Shown in pieces: positions 1 to 10,632 of a DNA stretch of 64,000 nt; position 1 is the first letter of the stretch; every line of letters begins with the position of its first letter. Under the pieces are notes generated by a model, which did not search any database, was not told the origin of the DNA, and saw only the letters and a list, made by a program, of their open reading frames with translations. The DNA lies in contig DATMBG010000043.1 of the NCBI GenBank assembly GCA_035559535.1, positions 1 through 64,000 on the forward strand, written 5' to 3'. The position numbers and the translations under genes were made by a program. This stretch comes from Candidatus Limnocylindrales bacterium (GTDB lineage Bacteria > Moduliflexota > Moduliflexia > Moduliflexales > JAUQPW01).

Positions 1-30
1 TGTAGGGGCGGGAGGCCTCCCGCCCCTACA
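1..30. repeat. GTAG-type REP palindrome
   Basis: tgtaggggcgggagg/cctcccgcccctaca is a perfect palindrome; related copies near 243-270, 3913-3940 and 36061-36089. Confidence 0.75.
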
Positions 31-270
31 CAGGAGAGGGGGATAGGGGGTGAGGGGATTGCCCTTTGTAGGGGCCCTGTTTAAGGGCGATCACCCAGAA
101 TTGCCCTGCAGGTTATTATACCCTTTACGGTTTTATATTCCCGAGGGTTGATGGTAGGTCAACCGTCCCGGTTGACACTGACAGAAATTTGGGAATTAGG
201 GATTAGGGATTGGGAATTAAGGAACCTAATCCCTAATTCCCAGTACGGGCGACCGGCCAGTCGCCCCTAC

Positions 271-2043
271 CTAAACGGTTCCTGCCGGTGCAAGGGGAAC
301 TGCAAAGGCTTTGACCTCTTGGGCTACGGGCTCGTATAAGTCCTTGAACTCCACCCCGCAGTTCTGATCAATAGCAAACTTAGCCGCGTTGACCATATCC
401 CGATGTTGGGCCGGGTAATTTTCTTCACACCCGTCGGTGGAAAGAAGGACGGGTTTTCCGGGTTCTTTTAGCTTAATGGTTACATAGTTTTTCCAGATGG
501 TCTTAAAATCCCGGGATACCCAGCCCCCGGTGTGATCATAGATAATATCGGTATTTTTATAGGACCAGACATCGAAATATCCGGGCTTATCCACTTCGAG
601 GGAGGCAGAGACCAATACTTCAGGATTTACCGATTTAATCACATCGGCAACCCAGTTATGCCAGGTGGCACCTCCTCCCATATTGTACTCATTACAGACT
701 TCAAAGATAATATTTTTATACTCTCGTAACGAATCTACCATGTAGCGAACATAGTTTTCTTGAAGGGCCCGAACTGTTGGATTGGGATTATAAAACTCAG
801 GGCGACCATCCTTAGGATTGGTGATCGGGCCGCCATTAGCGGCATTAAAGGGATGTCTTCGCCAGGTCATGCCGGAGGGTGTGTCCCAAAGGGCTACGTT
901 GTCGAACAAATCTAAAACCACGATAATTCCCCTCTCTCCAAAGGATCGGACCAGATTTTTCAGGTTCTCCATATAGATCGGATCGAAACGGTTCAAGTCA
1001 AACTTCCCCGTTTGACCTACTCTACTCCAGGGGAAAAGAGACGAGGTCCAGGTATCGATACAGAAAACTCGGGTAAGACACGCGTTATACCCCCGGATAA
1101 TGTCGGCAAACTCGGCAGGGGTCTTCCCCTTGTAAGGGCCGTCCCAGGGATAAAAACTCATATCTGTCCACATATAGGTAGAATACCCCGTAATCACCAG
1201 CTTTTGGGGCGGATCTATCTCATTATAAAGATCGTAGCCCCTAGCCCTAAGGTTATAAACATAATCCCCCATAAAGGGGGATACCGGAGAGGGTAAAAGT
1301 TTGGCCAATTCCTCGTCCGATAGGAAACTCCCCTCTGGGAGTATCCATCCCTCCCCCAACCTGGGAGAGGAGAGGGGGGTAAGGGCAGGATCCACAATAC
1401 AGATAAACTTAATGGCCATATAGGTATAACCCATATAATAAAGCCGGAATTCTAATTTGGAATCAGGGGATGTGGGTCTAAAAGGTAAAGCGAACCGAAC
1501 AGGTTTACCGGCTTCGGGGAAATCTTTTCGGGTCAGGATCATTTTGGCGATCACCCGGGTGGAATCCTGAACCACATCCAGAGTGCCCACATAAGCGTCG
1601 TCAAAGGTGTTATTATCTACGACGACACTGAATACGGCTATCCAGTCCTGAACCGGAAAACCCTTTTCGTACTGTCCAAAAACCAGGAATCCCGGCTGGG
1701 TTGTGGCCCGAACCGCCCTATACCGAAGCCTTGTCGGGTTTCCCCAGTTGGGAAAAGTTGGGGAATCTATAAAAATTCCAGGATGGGCAGAAGGGTGTCT
1801 TAAGGCATCGTAAATTTTAAAAAACCCGGTAGGAAGACTTACCGGAGGAGAAACCTCTTTTTTTCTACCCACCTTCTCTTTTACAACCCGTTTAGAAGGT
1901 CTGGAGGGTTTTACTTCGGGACCATGCATTGACTTCACAGGCCTTAAAGGTCGAACCATCTTGGCAGATGTTTCCCTTTCTTTAGGAGTTTTTATGGATT
2001 TACTTGATGCCACCGTTTTTTTCTTATTCGACTTACGTTCCAT
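271..2043 (-). CDS. Glycoside hydrolase clan A (GH5-like) TIM-barrel protein with Lys-rich N-terminus and central beta-sandwich-like domain
   Basis: FDLNRFDPIY, GIIVVLDLFD and NIIFEVCNEY (NE acid/base motif); RBS GGAGG upstream. Confidence 0.6.
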   Translation of the reverse strand: MERKSNKKKTVASSKSIKTPKERETSAKMVRPLRPVKSMHGPEVKPSRPSKRVVKEKVGRKKEVSPPVSLPTGFFKIYDALRHPSAHPGIFIDSPTFPNWGNPTRLRYRAVRATTQPGFLVFGQYEKGFPVQDWIAVFSVVVDNNTFDDAYVGTLDVVQDSTRVIAKMILTRKDFPEAGKPVRFALPFRPTSPDSKLEFRLYYMGYTYMAIKFICIVDPALTPLSSPRLGEGWILPEGSFLSDEELAKLLPSPVSPFMGDYVYNLRARGYDLYNEIDPPQKLVITGYSTYMWTDMSFYPWDGPYKGKTPAEFADIIRGYNACLTRVFCIDTWTSSLFPWSRVGQTGKFDLNRFDPIYMENLKNLVRSFGERGIIVVLDLFDNVALWDTPSGMTWRRHPFNAANGGPITNPKDGRPEFYNPNPTVRALQENYVRYMVDSLREYKNIIFEVCNEYNMGGGATWHNWVADVIKSVNPEVLVSASLEVDKPGYFDVWSYKNTDIIYDHTGGWVSRDFKTIWKNYVTIKLKEPGKPVLLSTDGCEENYPAQHRDMVNAAKFAIDQNCGVEFKDLYEPVAQEVKAFAVPLAPAGTV

Positions 2044-2389
2044 GGAGAAGTCCTCCTATACTTAGGTTGCAGTTTTGGATGTTATATCATCTCACATCGA
2101 AGTAAAAATAACAGATTACTTCGTCCCCTTCGCTTCACTTTAGGCTTCGGCTCACCTCACGTCCCCACCATGACGGACCCTGTACCCTAAATCTGGCGAG
2201 TTGTGGATTAATTTAAATCAGGCTGGCAACTCTAACAGAAACTTCAAAAAAATTCAAGCAAAAAATAGACTGACTTTAGAAAACTTTTTTAATTTAAGGA
2301 GGGGGGATACCCCGGTTCTGGAGATTATGAGGGAGATAGGGGAAGGTTGATATAATCGTCTGGAGACCCACGGAAGGAAGTCGATCCCC

Positions 2390-3838
2390 TTAGAGGCTTT
2401 TACAGATAACCGATATGGCTTCAGCAAGGATAGGGAACTGGGACACTTCCAGGGTTCTAGGATCCAGGAGAAGTTCATCATTCTGAATCCGTGCCAGGAT
2501 AGGAGGATTATAGGCCCGTAATCGCTCTTCCAGGCATTGAACGGAGAATTTAAAAGGTTTAACGGCAACGACCTTGGTGGGAAGTTTCTGTAGTGGAAGG
2601 GCACCGCCACCTACCTGAGAGAAGTCATCCAGAATTCTGGCAGAAAAAGACTCTCCAGAGGGTTGCCCGGGTGTATCTGGGTTGGTTGGAAAGTGTTGGG
2701 TTTCTAACAGAAGATTCAACAGGTTTTTAGCCCTCGCTTCCAGCTCAGGCAGCTTCATGGTTAACATACGAAGGGTGGGGATTTCCTGAATAGCTTTTTC
2801 TGGATCCAGGTATTCCAGGAGAACCGCTTCCAGGCCGGCCAGGGTCATTTTATCTACCCGAATAGCCCGGGTCCATGGGTTTTTCTTAAGTTTCTCAATA
2901 TAGGTCGCCTTACCCACAATCAATCCGGCCTGGGGACCGCCCAGGAGCTTATCTCCACTAAAGGTAACAATATCCACCCCGGCCCGGATACAATCCTGGA
3001 CGGTAGGTTCTTTTTCTAAACCATAGCGGCTCAGATCGATCAGGCTTCCGCTTCCCAGGTCTTCCATGACGGGAACATGATATTCCCGTCCCAGTTGAAC
3101 CAGCTCTTCCAGGGAAACCTCGGACGTAAAACCTAGGATCCGGTAGTTACTGGTATGAACTTTAAGGAGAAACGCCGTGTTAGGGGTAATGGCTTCCCGA
3201 TAATCCCGGAGATGGGTCTTGTTGGTAGTTCCCACCTCTTTGAGGATAGCCCCGCTTTTTACCATAATATCCGGGATTCGGAAAGAGCCTCCGATCTCGA
3301 TGAGCTGGCCTCGAGAGACGATTACCTCTTTTCCCTGGGCAAAGGTGTTTAAAACCAGTAAGACCGCTGCCGCATTATTATTAACCACAAGTCCGGATTC
3401 AGCCCCGGTTAGCCTTCTCAGGAGCCCTTCGATGTGGGTGTATCGTTCTCCCCGCTCCCCGGTACTGAGATCCAGTTCCAGATTAGAATACTGTCGGGCA
3501 ATCTCGGTGATTCTTTGACAAACGCGTTCACTTAAAGGAGCCCGTCCCAGGTTGGTATGGAGAATAACTCCGGTGGCATTGATAAGATATTTTAAATGAG
3601 GTTCCATCTGGCTTTTTACCACAACTTCCAGTTCTGCGATGAGCTGAGACTTATCGATTTGAGGCAATCGCGTAGGATCTAAACTCTCCAGGATTTGGGA
3701 GCGACGCGCATTAAGAACTTTTCGAATCCCTTCGACGACAATTTCCCTGGGAAATTGTTCTAAAAGTTCCTTCACCAAAGGTTCTGCCAGCATCGCATCT
3801 ACAGAGGGGATTTGGGTAAGATAGGCCCGCTTATCCAT
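2390..3838 (-). CDS. selA: L-seryl-tRNA(Sec) selenium transferase
   Basis: INATGVILHTNLGRAPL, VNNNAAAV, EIGGSFRIPDIM, FSGDKLLGGPQAG (PLP lysine). Confidence 0.97.
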   Translation of the reverse strand: MDKRAYLTQIPSVDAMLAEPLVKELLEQFPREIVVEGIRKVLNARRSQILESLDPTRLPQIDKSQLIAELEVVVKSQMEPHLKYLINATGVILHTNLGRAPLSERVCQRITEIARQYSNLELDLSTGERGERYTHIEGLLRRLTGAESGLVVNNNAAAVLLVLNTFAQGKEVIVSRGQLIEIGGSFRIPDIMVKSGAILKEVGTTNKTHLRDYREAITPNTAFLLKVHTSNYRILGFTSEVSLEELVQLGREYHVPVMEDLGSGSLIDLSRYGLEKEPTVQDCIRAGVDIVTFSGDKLLGGPQAGLIVGKATYIEKLKKNPWTRAIRVDKMTLAGLEAVLLEYLDPEKAIQEIPTLRMLTMKLPELEARAKNLLNLLLETQHFPTNPDTPGQPSGESFSARILDDFSQVGGGALPLQKLPTKVVAVKPFKFSVQCLEERLRAYNPPILARIQNDELLLDPRTLEVSQFPILAEAISVICKSL

Positions 3839-4055
3839 GAATTTGTTGTTTTATCTCCTGAGAATAAAAGGAAGAAGCCTCTGAGACAGTGGGCCATCGA
3901 GATGCGGATAATGTAGGGGTTATCGGCCGATAGCCCCTACTATCGGGATGTGGGGATTTCTCGTATCCCTGGTCCCTGGGTCCCACTGTCCCAGAACCGT
4001 CTTATCCAGGACAATTAACCAACAATTAATTTAGGAATTGAGGAATTCCCAATTC

Positions 4056-4937
4056 CTAATTCCCAATTCCAAAAATAATTCCGGCGTAACCTACAAAATC
4101 TTCTATCTCTCCTTCGGATCTTACTTCATAACTGGTAATATGTTCCAGAAGGACTCCTTTTTGTGCCCCCAGGGTCCTAGCCGTTGCAACCGCTGCGGCA
4201 ATAGCTCCGGCCCCACAAGCATTATGATGGGATCTGGCTTCTGGAATGACGTTTTCTGCCTTCATTTCCAGGGCCAATTGAATTATCCGGCGATCGTTCT
4301 CTTTACTCCAGGCCAGAGTTTCAGGTCCAACACCGGCCGGGGTAAAGCGATAGCCGGGACCATAATGGGTTAAATCGGTACTTCCCAAAACTACAACGGG
4401 TTGGTTCCCTGTGGAAAGAAGGGTACCTATACGCTCTCCCAGGATGACCGCCTGGTTATCCGGTGGAACCATAATGGGAAGAATTTTAGCGCCGGGGAAC
4501 AAATACTGGATAAAAGGGACTTGTACTTCTATAGAATGTTCCCTGGCATGAACTTCCGGATCAGCCGCTACCGGTATATCCTCGGCGAGTATTTTCTCGG
4601 CCAATTCGCCGGCTACTTCTATTTTGCCCAAAGGAGTCTCCCAATAACCTTCCGGATATAGAGAAGGAACCTCGGCGCCCCAGACATGAACGGCCCCATA
4701 AATCAGAAACACAGGGGCTTCGGTGGCTTTTCCCATTTTTTCTTTGATATTATAAAACACTTTACCGGCTGTAGGTCCCGAATATACCCATCCTGCATGA
4801 GGGACAATGCCTGCGATAATACGAGGAGGTTCCTCGGGAGCAGGAACCTGGTTCAAGCAGGTTTCCAGCAATTGAATGCAGGCAGAGCGGGAGGCCGGAT
4901 AAAAACTTCCAGCCCGGAAAGCTTTCCTGGTCCTCAT
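4056..4937 (-). CDS. AmmeMemoRadiSam system protein B (Memo family)
   Basis: AGSFYP, PHAGWVYSG, EHSIEVQVPF, STDLTHYG, NACG, VGYAG. Confidence 0.9.
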   Translation of the reverse strand: MRTRKAFRAGSFYPASRSACIQLLETCLNQVPAPEEPPRIIAGIVPHAGWVYSGPTAGKVFYNIKEKMGKATEAPVFLIYGAVHVWGAEVPSLYPEGYWETPLGKIEVAGELAEKILAEDIPVAADPEVHAREHSIEVQVPFIQYLFPGAKILPIMVPPDNQAVILGERIGTLLSTGNQPVVVLGSTDLTHYGPGYRFTPAGVGPETLAWSKENDRRIIQLALEMKAENVIPEARSHHNACGAGAIAAAVATARTLGAQKGVLLEHITSYEVRSEGEIEDFVGYAGIIFGIGN

Positions 4938-5082
4938 AAAAGGTTAAAAATCATAAGCCATGAGGGATGCTGTCTTGGACCTGGAGACGCGGGGGGATTC
5001 TTTGTGCCCCCAGTCTCCTTGTCCCCGCGTCTCCGCGTCTCGACGTCTCAAATAGGTTCACCCCCCATGACCCATGATTCAC

Positions 5083-6024
5083 TTAATCGAGTTCCTCAAT
5101 AATTCCGGCAGCAAGAAGAGGGAGCATGATTTCGTGATGACCAAAGAGGGCATACCCTTTTCCGCTACCTGAAACAGGACGGTTTATCACATTCTGGGTG
5201 GGTCGGTAGTGTTTAATAAAGTCCATATTAACCGTCACAAAGTTCTCAACGGGGTAACCCAGGTTTCGAACCAGAGTCAGGGCTTTTAAGAATACTTCGG
5301 GAAGAAGAACTGCGGAGCCGATATTGAAATAGACGCCCCCTTCCAGGTTCGAAATCACCGAGGCAAAAATTTTAAAATCCCGGAGACTCCCTTCCCCCAA
5401 TGCCGATCCCTTTGCCCTGGGGTGCATATGAATGATATCCGTACCGACGGCGATATGAACGGTGGCCGGTAACTTCAATCGATAGGCGGCTGCCAGAAGG
5501 CTGTAATCCAGATAAGCCGGACTTAAATTTATCAGCTCTCGACCTACGGCAGCTCCTATACCCAGGTGATCTTGAACTCCCTTTTCAATAGCCTCATTGA
5601 GAAATTCTCCCGTCTCTCGAGCCATTCCAAATTCTCCGGTGGAGAGGCCTTCTTCAACCTCCTCAGAGGTTTTCCCAGCCAGAGCCAATTCAAAATCATG
5701 GATGATGCCGGCCCCGTTCAGAGCAATCGCCGAGACGACCCCCCTTTCCATGAGGTCTAGGATGACAGGTGAAAGGCCACACTTAATCACATGGGCCCCC
5801 ATGGCAAATACAACCGGCCTGTGGGCTTTAACTGCAGTTACAACGGCCTTTATAATCTGTCGGAGATCTGTTCCGGCCAAAATATGCGGCAGGGAAGAGA
5901 TAAAATCCTGAAAACTCCCCTTTTTTTGCCAGCGGTGGGCAAAATCGCCAACCTTTACCTTACTTTTTCGATCCAGCAAGGGATAGGTTTTAATTTTTTC
6001 CAGATTAATAGGCTCGTAAGACAA
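5083..6024 (-). CDS. Deoxyhypusine-synthase-like conserved protein
   Basis: GAHVIKCGLS, NGAGIIHDFE, GSAVLLPEVFLK, GHHEIMLPLL; TTG start. Confidence 0.65.
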   Translation of the reverse strand: MSYEPINLEKIKTYPLLDRKSKVKVGDFAHRWQKKGSFQDFISSLPHILAGTDLRQIIKAVVTAVKAHRPVVFAMGAHVIKCGLSPVILDLMERGVVSAIALNGAGIIHDFELALAGKTSEEVEEGLSTGEFGMARETGEFLNEAIEKGVQDHLGIGAAVGRELINLSPAYLDYSLLAAAYRLKLPATVHIAVGTDIIHMHPRAKGSALGEGSLRDFKIFASVISNLEGGVYFNIGSAVLLPEVFLKALTLVRNLGYPVENFVTVNMDFIKHYRPTQNVINRPVSGSGKGYALFGHHEIMLPLLAAGIIEELD

Positions 6025-6096
6025 GGTAATTACGTAATGTGGGGTACGTGACGCGTAGAAGACCTATAGACCACAGGACGCCGTACGCATGACCCC

Positions 6097-6669
6097 TTAT
6101 GCCTTGAACAACTCATGCTCGATAATCTCACAAATTACATGAATCAAAGTCAAATGAACTTCCTGAATCCTGGGAGTTTCCGGGGAGGGAACAATAATGG
6201 CATAATCGACCAGAGATGCCAATTTCCCCCCATCTCTACCCGTAAAAGCCACCGTCTTTAACTTCTTTCTTCGGGCTGCTTCCACACCACGAAGGACATT
6301 CAGAGAATTACCACTGGTACTGATGGCGAGGGCAATGTCCCCTTCTTGCCCCAGGGCTTCAATCTGTCTGGCAAAAATTTGAGAGTAATCGCTATCATTC
6401 CCAATGGCCGTGAGCACCGACGTATCCGTAGCTAAAGAAAGTGCTGGTAGAGCCGGGCGATCAAATTTAAACCGATTTACCAGCTCCCCGGCCATATGCT
6501 GCGCATCGGCGGCGCTACCCCCGTTACCAAAGGCAAGTAATTTCTTTCCAGACTGTAAAGCCTGAACCAGCTCGTTGGCAACCGAAATAACCAGGTTTAA
6601 ATGGGTCTCAATAAATCGGATTTTCAATTCCGCACTTTCTTTAAAACTCTGGAGGATAAGGTCTCGCAT
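6097..6669 (-). CDS. gmhA: D-sedoheptulose 7-phosphate isomerase
   Basis: FGNGGSAADAQH, ISTSGNS, TPRIQEVH; start placed at MRDLILQ. Confidence 0.95.
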   Translation of the reverse strand: MRDLILQSFKESAELKIRFIETHLNLVISVANELVQALQSGKKLLAFGNGGSAADAQHMAGELVNRFKFDRPALPALSLATDTSVLTAIGNDSDYSQIFARQIEALGQEGDIALAISTSGNSLNVLRGVEAARRKKLKTVAFTGRDGGKLASLVDYAIIVPSPETPRIQEVHLTLIHVICEIIEHELFKA

Positions 6670-6724
6670 GTTAAAGTGCCTAAAGGGTTTTAAGTGCACG
6701 CAAGTGTCTAAAATTGAAAAAACT

Positions 6725-7894
6725 TCAAACACTTAAAAGCTGAATCATCTTTTGGAGCTTGGCCTCGATAACAGGCCATTGATAATCTTTCTGAATATAA
6801 CGGATTCCGTTTTCCCCCAATTTACGACGCAGTTCGGGATTACCTAACAACAAGCCCAGGCAGGCCTGAAACTCCTCATAATTGCCATAGTAGAGTCCGG
6901 CATTGCTTTTGATGCAGTGACCTTTGAGGACAGAACAACCTTCATTGGCCAAAACCGGGGTTCCAACCCCCCAGGCTTCCAAGGAGGCGATGGATAAACT
7001 TTCCATCAGGGAAGGGGCTACCAGCACCGTCGCTGCCTTCATGGCATTAAATTTATCTTCATCGGAAACATACCCTAAGACTTGAATATCCGGATGATGG
7101 GGAATTTGCATGGCCAACTTGCCTATAAGGATCAGTTTAAGGGGGGATGGATGGCAGGTTTTGTATTTCAGAAAGTAGTGGATGAGTTGACCGCATCCTT
7201 TCCCTTCGTCAATCCGACCGGCATACAAGATGAAATCCTCGGAAATTTGAAATCGGGATCGAAAAGCTTCAGGATCTGGCTTCTCAGGGAGTTGAACTCC
7301 TACCCCCAGTACTTCATGGGGAATTCTGCCATTGTTAAACAGTCCTGTGACAAACTCTTTTTCCTCTTGGGTAAGATAAAAAATGCCCCTGGGGAGGTGG
7401 AAAAGGGCTTTAAAAATATCGAAATAGATAGGGGGTTCGTCGTGGGCCGTGGGAACGAAAAGACTTTTCTCCGGAACTAACTGCATCCCGAAATACGTCG
7501 TTGGATAGAGGTAGGTATAAAAGAGAAAACGCTGGTAGTGGGACCGGTTTTCCTTGATATAGTTGAGTAATCCTGAAGAATAAGGACCTTGCTGGATCAT
7601 CCAGTGTATTTCATCCAGATAAGTATGGGAATTGCCGTAGAGCTTTTGGGAGAGCTTATCAAATTTTCGAGGAGATCGCATTTGATCAGTTTTAAACCTT
7701 CTAACTGGAATTCCATTGACCAGGGTAAGCCCGGCCGGGTATTCGTTTTTCCAGGTTACATAATCCCTTGCACAGGTCGTGAGGACTTCCGTTTCAAAAT
7801 TGGTGGCCAGACGCTCCACAATCCATCGACAGTGAAGTTCGGCACCTCCGGTAATATCTAAGCCGTATCTTTGAATAACAACCGCTATTTTCAT
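6725..7894 (-). CDS. Glycosyltransferase family 4
   Basis: GGAELH, YAGRIDEGKG, PSLMESLSIASLEAW. Confidence 0.9.
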   Translation of the reverse strand: MKIAVVIQRYGLDITGGAELHCRWIVERLATNFETEVLTTCARDYVTWKNEYPAGLTLVNGIPVRRFKTDQMRSPRKFDKLSQKLYGNSHTYLDEIHWMIQQGPYSSGLLNYIKENRSHYQRFLFYTYLYPTTYFGMQLVPEKSLFVPTAHDEPPIYFDIFKALFHLPRGIFYLTQEEKEFVTGLFNNGRIPHEVLGVGVQLPEKPDPEAFRSRFQISEDFILYAGRIDEGKGCGQLIHYFLKYKTCHPSPLKLILIGKLAMQIPHHPDIQVLGYVSDEDKFNAMKAATVLVAPSLMESLSIASLEAWGVGTPVLANEGCSVLKGHCIKSNAGLYYGNYEEFQACLGLLLGNPELRRKLGENGIRYIQKDYQWPVIEAKLQKMIQLLSV

Positions 7895-7967
7895 ACGCTG
7901 GATTCATCCCCATTTCCTATGGTAATTACCTAACCCCTGCGTGAGGGGGGTACAGAGAGATACAGGA

Positions 7968-8588
7968 TCATTTTTCGTCATTCTGCGATAGCATAGCCGT
8001 ATCCCCCTGTGCTAAATTTATAAGGGCTTGCCAGATTTCTTTTTTTCCCTCTCCGGTTAAGGCCGAGAAGCTGATTAGGGATTCCCCCGGCCGGATCGGT
8101 AGAAGCTTTTCGATTTCTCTCAAACGGGAAATCCTCTGATTTTTAGATAACTTATCGGCTTTTGTAGCCACTATCAGGGTTTTTATCCTATGATAATCCA
8201 GCCATTCTTTCATGGTTTGATCGTCTGGGGTTGGAGCGTGGCGAATATCTAAGATAAGAACGATCCCCTTGAGGTTTTCTCTTTTTAAGAGATAAGTTTC
8301 TATCATGGATTGCCAGCCGGCTATCACTTCTTTCGGTGCCTTGGCATAACCATAACCCGGCAGATCTACAAAACATAACAGGTTATTGACGTTGAAAAAA
8401 TTGATGAGCCGGGTTTTACCGGGGGTACTGCTGGTCTTAGCAAGGCCTTTTTTTTCGACCAGGCTGTTTATCAAAGAGGATTTCCCTACATTGGATCTTC
8501 CCACAAAGGCAATTTCAGGTAGAGAGTGACGAGGATATTGGGAGGGGTTGGTAGCACTGACAATAAATGTGGCGGATTTGACCTTCAT
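7968..8588 (-). CDS. engB: Ribosome biogenesis GTPase YihA/EngB
   Basis: GRSNVGKSS, DLPGYG, TKADK; start may extend to 8645. Confidence 0.95.
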   Translation of the reverse strand: MKVKSATFIVSATNPSQYPRHSLPEIAFVGRSNVGKSSLINSLVEKKGLAKTSSTPGKTRLINFFNVNNLLCFVDLPGYGYAKAPKEVIAGWQSMIETYLLKRENLKGIVLILDIRHAPTPDDQTMKEWLDYHRIKTLIVATKADKLSKNQRISRLREIEKLLPIRPGESLISFSALTGEGKKEIWQALINLAQGDTAMLSQNDEK

Positions 8589-8666
8589 ACAGGCAGCGGG
8601 TAGTGGACAGTGAGCAGTTCCTCCTTCCTCTCCCTTACTGCCCATGGCTCACTGACCACGAATCTT

Positions 8667-9905
8667 TTATCCCGTCTTCTCATACAGCAACAAAGGTTTT
8701 TCCTTTTTAAAAATGACGTCTTCACTGATCACACACTCTTTAATTGTCTGTTGAGAGGGAAGTTCGTACATTAGATCAAGCATAATATCTTCCATGATGG
8801 CTCGTAATCCCCGTGCACCTGTTTCTCGTTTTAGAGCTTCTCTGGCAATAGCGGCCAGGGCGCCCTCGGTAAATTTGAGTTTGACCTTTTCAAACTCAAA
8901 CAGTTTTTGGTATTGTTTAACCAGGGAGTTTTTAGGTTCTTTCAAAACCCGGATTAAAGCTTCCTCATCCAGATCTTCCAAGGTGGCCACGATGGGCAAT
9001 CTTCCGACAAATTCCGGAATAAGGCCGTACTTGAGTAAATCGATGGGTTGAATATGTTTGAGGATATCTCCCATGGTTCGTTCATTTTTCTTTTGGATTT
9101 CTGCTGTAAAACCTATGGAAGATTTACCGATTCGGCGTTCGATAATTTTCTCTATGCCATGAAAAGCTCCCCCACAAATAAATAGAATATTGGTGGTATC
9201 CACCTGAATATACTCCTGATGAGGATGTTTTCGTCCTCCCTGGGGGGGTACGTTGGCGATGGTCCCCTCTAGAATTTTTAAAAGGGCCTGTTGAACTCCT
9301 TCTCCGGAGACATCCCGGGTTATGGAGGGACTATCGGATTTTCTGGATATTTTATCCACTTCATCCAGGTAAACGATCCCTCTTTCTGTTCGCTCTATGT
9401 CATAATCGGCAGCCTGGAGAAGCTTTACAATGATATTCTCTACATCTTCTCCCACATAGCCGGCTTCCGTGAGGGTGGTACAGTCGGCTATGGCAAAGGG
9501 AACATCTAGAATCCGGGCCAGAGTTTGGGCAAGCAACGTTTTTCCGGTACCTGTGGGACCCACTAAAAGTATATTACTCTTTTGGAGCTCTACATCCCCT
9601 ACATCCAGATCAGCCTCAATCCGCTTATAGTGGTTATAGACAGCCACAGAGAGAATTCTTTTGGCGTGTTCTTGTCCGATGACATAATCATCGAGAACTT
9701 TCTTGATATCTTTAGGTTTAGGAAGAGACTGGAAAGCCTCGCTGATTTCCTCGTTGGTTTCCTCTGCAATGATTTCATTACAAAGCTCCACGCACTCATT
9801 ACAGATATACACCGATGGACCTGCTATCAATTTTCGGACAGCTTCTTGAGGCTTCCCGCAAAAGGAACAAGCAAGATTTTTACCCCCACTTCGTGAAATA
9901 GGCAT
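8667..9905 (-). CDS. clpX: ATP-dependent Clp protease ATP-binding subunit
   Basis: CSFCGK zinc finger, [19 protein letters not shown] loop. Confidence 0.98.
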   Translation of the reverse strand: MPISRSGGKNLACSFCGKPQEAVRKLIAGPSVYICNECVELCNEIIAEETNEEISEAFQSLPKPKDIKKVLDDYVIGQEHAKRILSVAVYNHYKRIEADLDVGDVELQKSNILLVGPTGTGKTLLAQTLARILDVPFAIADCTTLTEAGYVGEDVENIIVKLLQAADYDIERTERGIVYLDEVDKISRKSDSPSITRDVSGEGVQQALLKILEGTIANVPPQGGRKHPHQEYIQVDTTNILFICGGAFHGIEKIIERRIGKSSIGFTAEIQKKNERTMGDILKHIQPIDLLKYGLIPEFVGRLPIVATLEDLDEEALIRVLKEPKNSLVKQYQKLFEFEKVKLKFTEGALAAIAREALKRETGARGLRAIMEDIMLDLMYELPSQQTIKECVISEDVIFKKEKPLLLYEKTG

Positions 9906-9985
9906 GGGCCAAAGTGATCAAAGTGTCTAAAGCGAGCTAAAGTTTCCCTTCATTGTTAGTGGCTGACAACTCACTTTAGGCACTT

Positions 9986-10570
9986 CTAATGTTTTCGTTC
10001 TATCATTTCATCGATCAAGCCATATTCCTTGGCTTGTTGTGGTGTCATAAAGAAATCCCGATCGGTATCCGCCTGAATTCGCTCCATTTTTTGGCCGGTA
10101 TGTTTAACCAGGATGCGATTCAACTCGTCCTTCATCCGAAGAATCTCTCGGGCTTGAATATCAATATCCGAAGCCTGTCCTTGAAATCCGCCCATGGGTT
10201 GATGAATCATAATCCGGGCATGGGGTAGGGCAAAGCGTTTTCCTTTGGTTCCTGCAGCCAAAAGCAGCGCCCCCATACTGGCAGCCTGACCCACGCAGAT
10301 GGTTGAAACATCAGGTTTAATATACTGCATGGCATCGTAAATAGCCAATCCGGAGGTAACCACTCCTCCAGGGCTGTTGATATATAAGTAAATATCCTTC
10401 TCGGGGTCATCTGCCTCCAGAAATAGCATCTGGGCAATGATTAAATTGGCAACCATATCATCGATGGGCGTTCCAATGAAAATGATGCGATCCTTTAAGA
10501 GTCGAGAATAAATATCGTAAGCCCGTTCTCCCCGCCCGGTCTGCTCAATAACCATGGGAATTACGGTCAT
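9986..10570 (-). CDS. clpP: ATP-dependent Clp protease proteolytic subunit
   Basis: [27 protein letters not shown]; start placed at MTVIPMV. Confidence 0.98.
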   Translation of the reverse strand: MTVIPMVIEQTGRGERAYDIYSRLLKDRIIFIGTPIDDMVANLIIAQMLFLEADDPEKDIYLYINSPGGVVTSGLAIYDAMQYIKPDVSTICVGQAASMGALLLAAGTKGKRFALPHARIMIHQPMGGFQGQASDIDIQAREILRMKDELNRILVKHTGQKMERIQADTDRDFFMTPQQAKEYGLIDEMIERKH

Positions 10571-10632
10571 AGAAGGCTTCTGCTGTAGGGGCCACCTGTA
10601 AGATGTTGTTGATCTGTCAAGAAACAATTCAC

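Noticed and set aside
2060-2390. tRNA-Sec (selC) or a riboswitch downstream of selA
   Set aside because: No TCA anticodon arm or T loop found; the sequence looks REP-like
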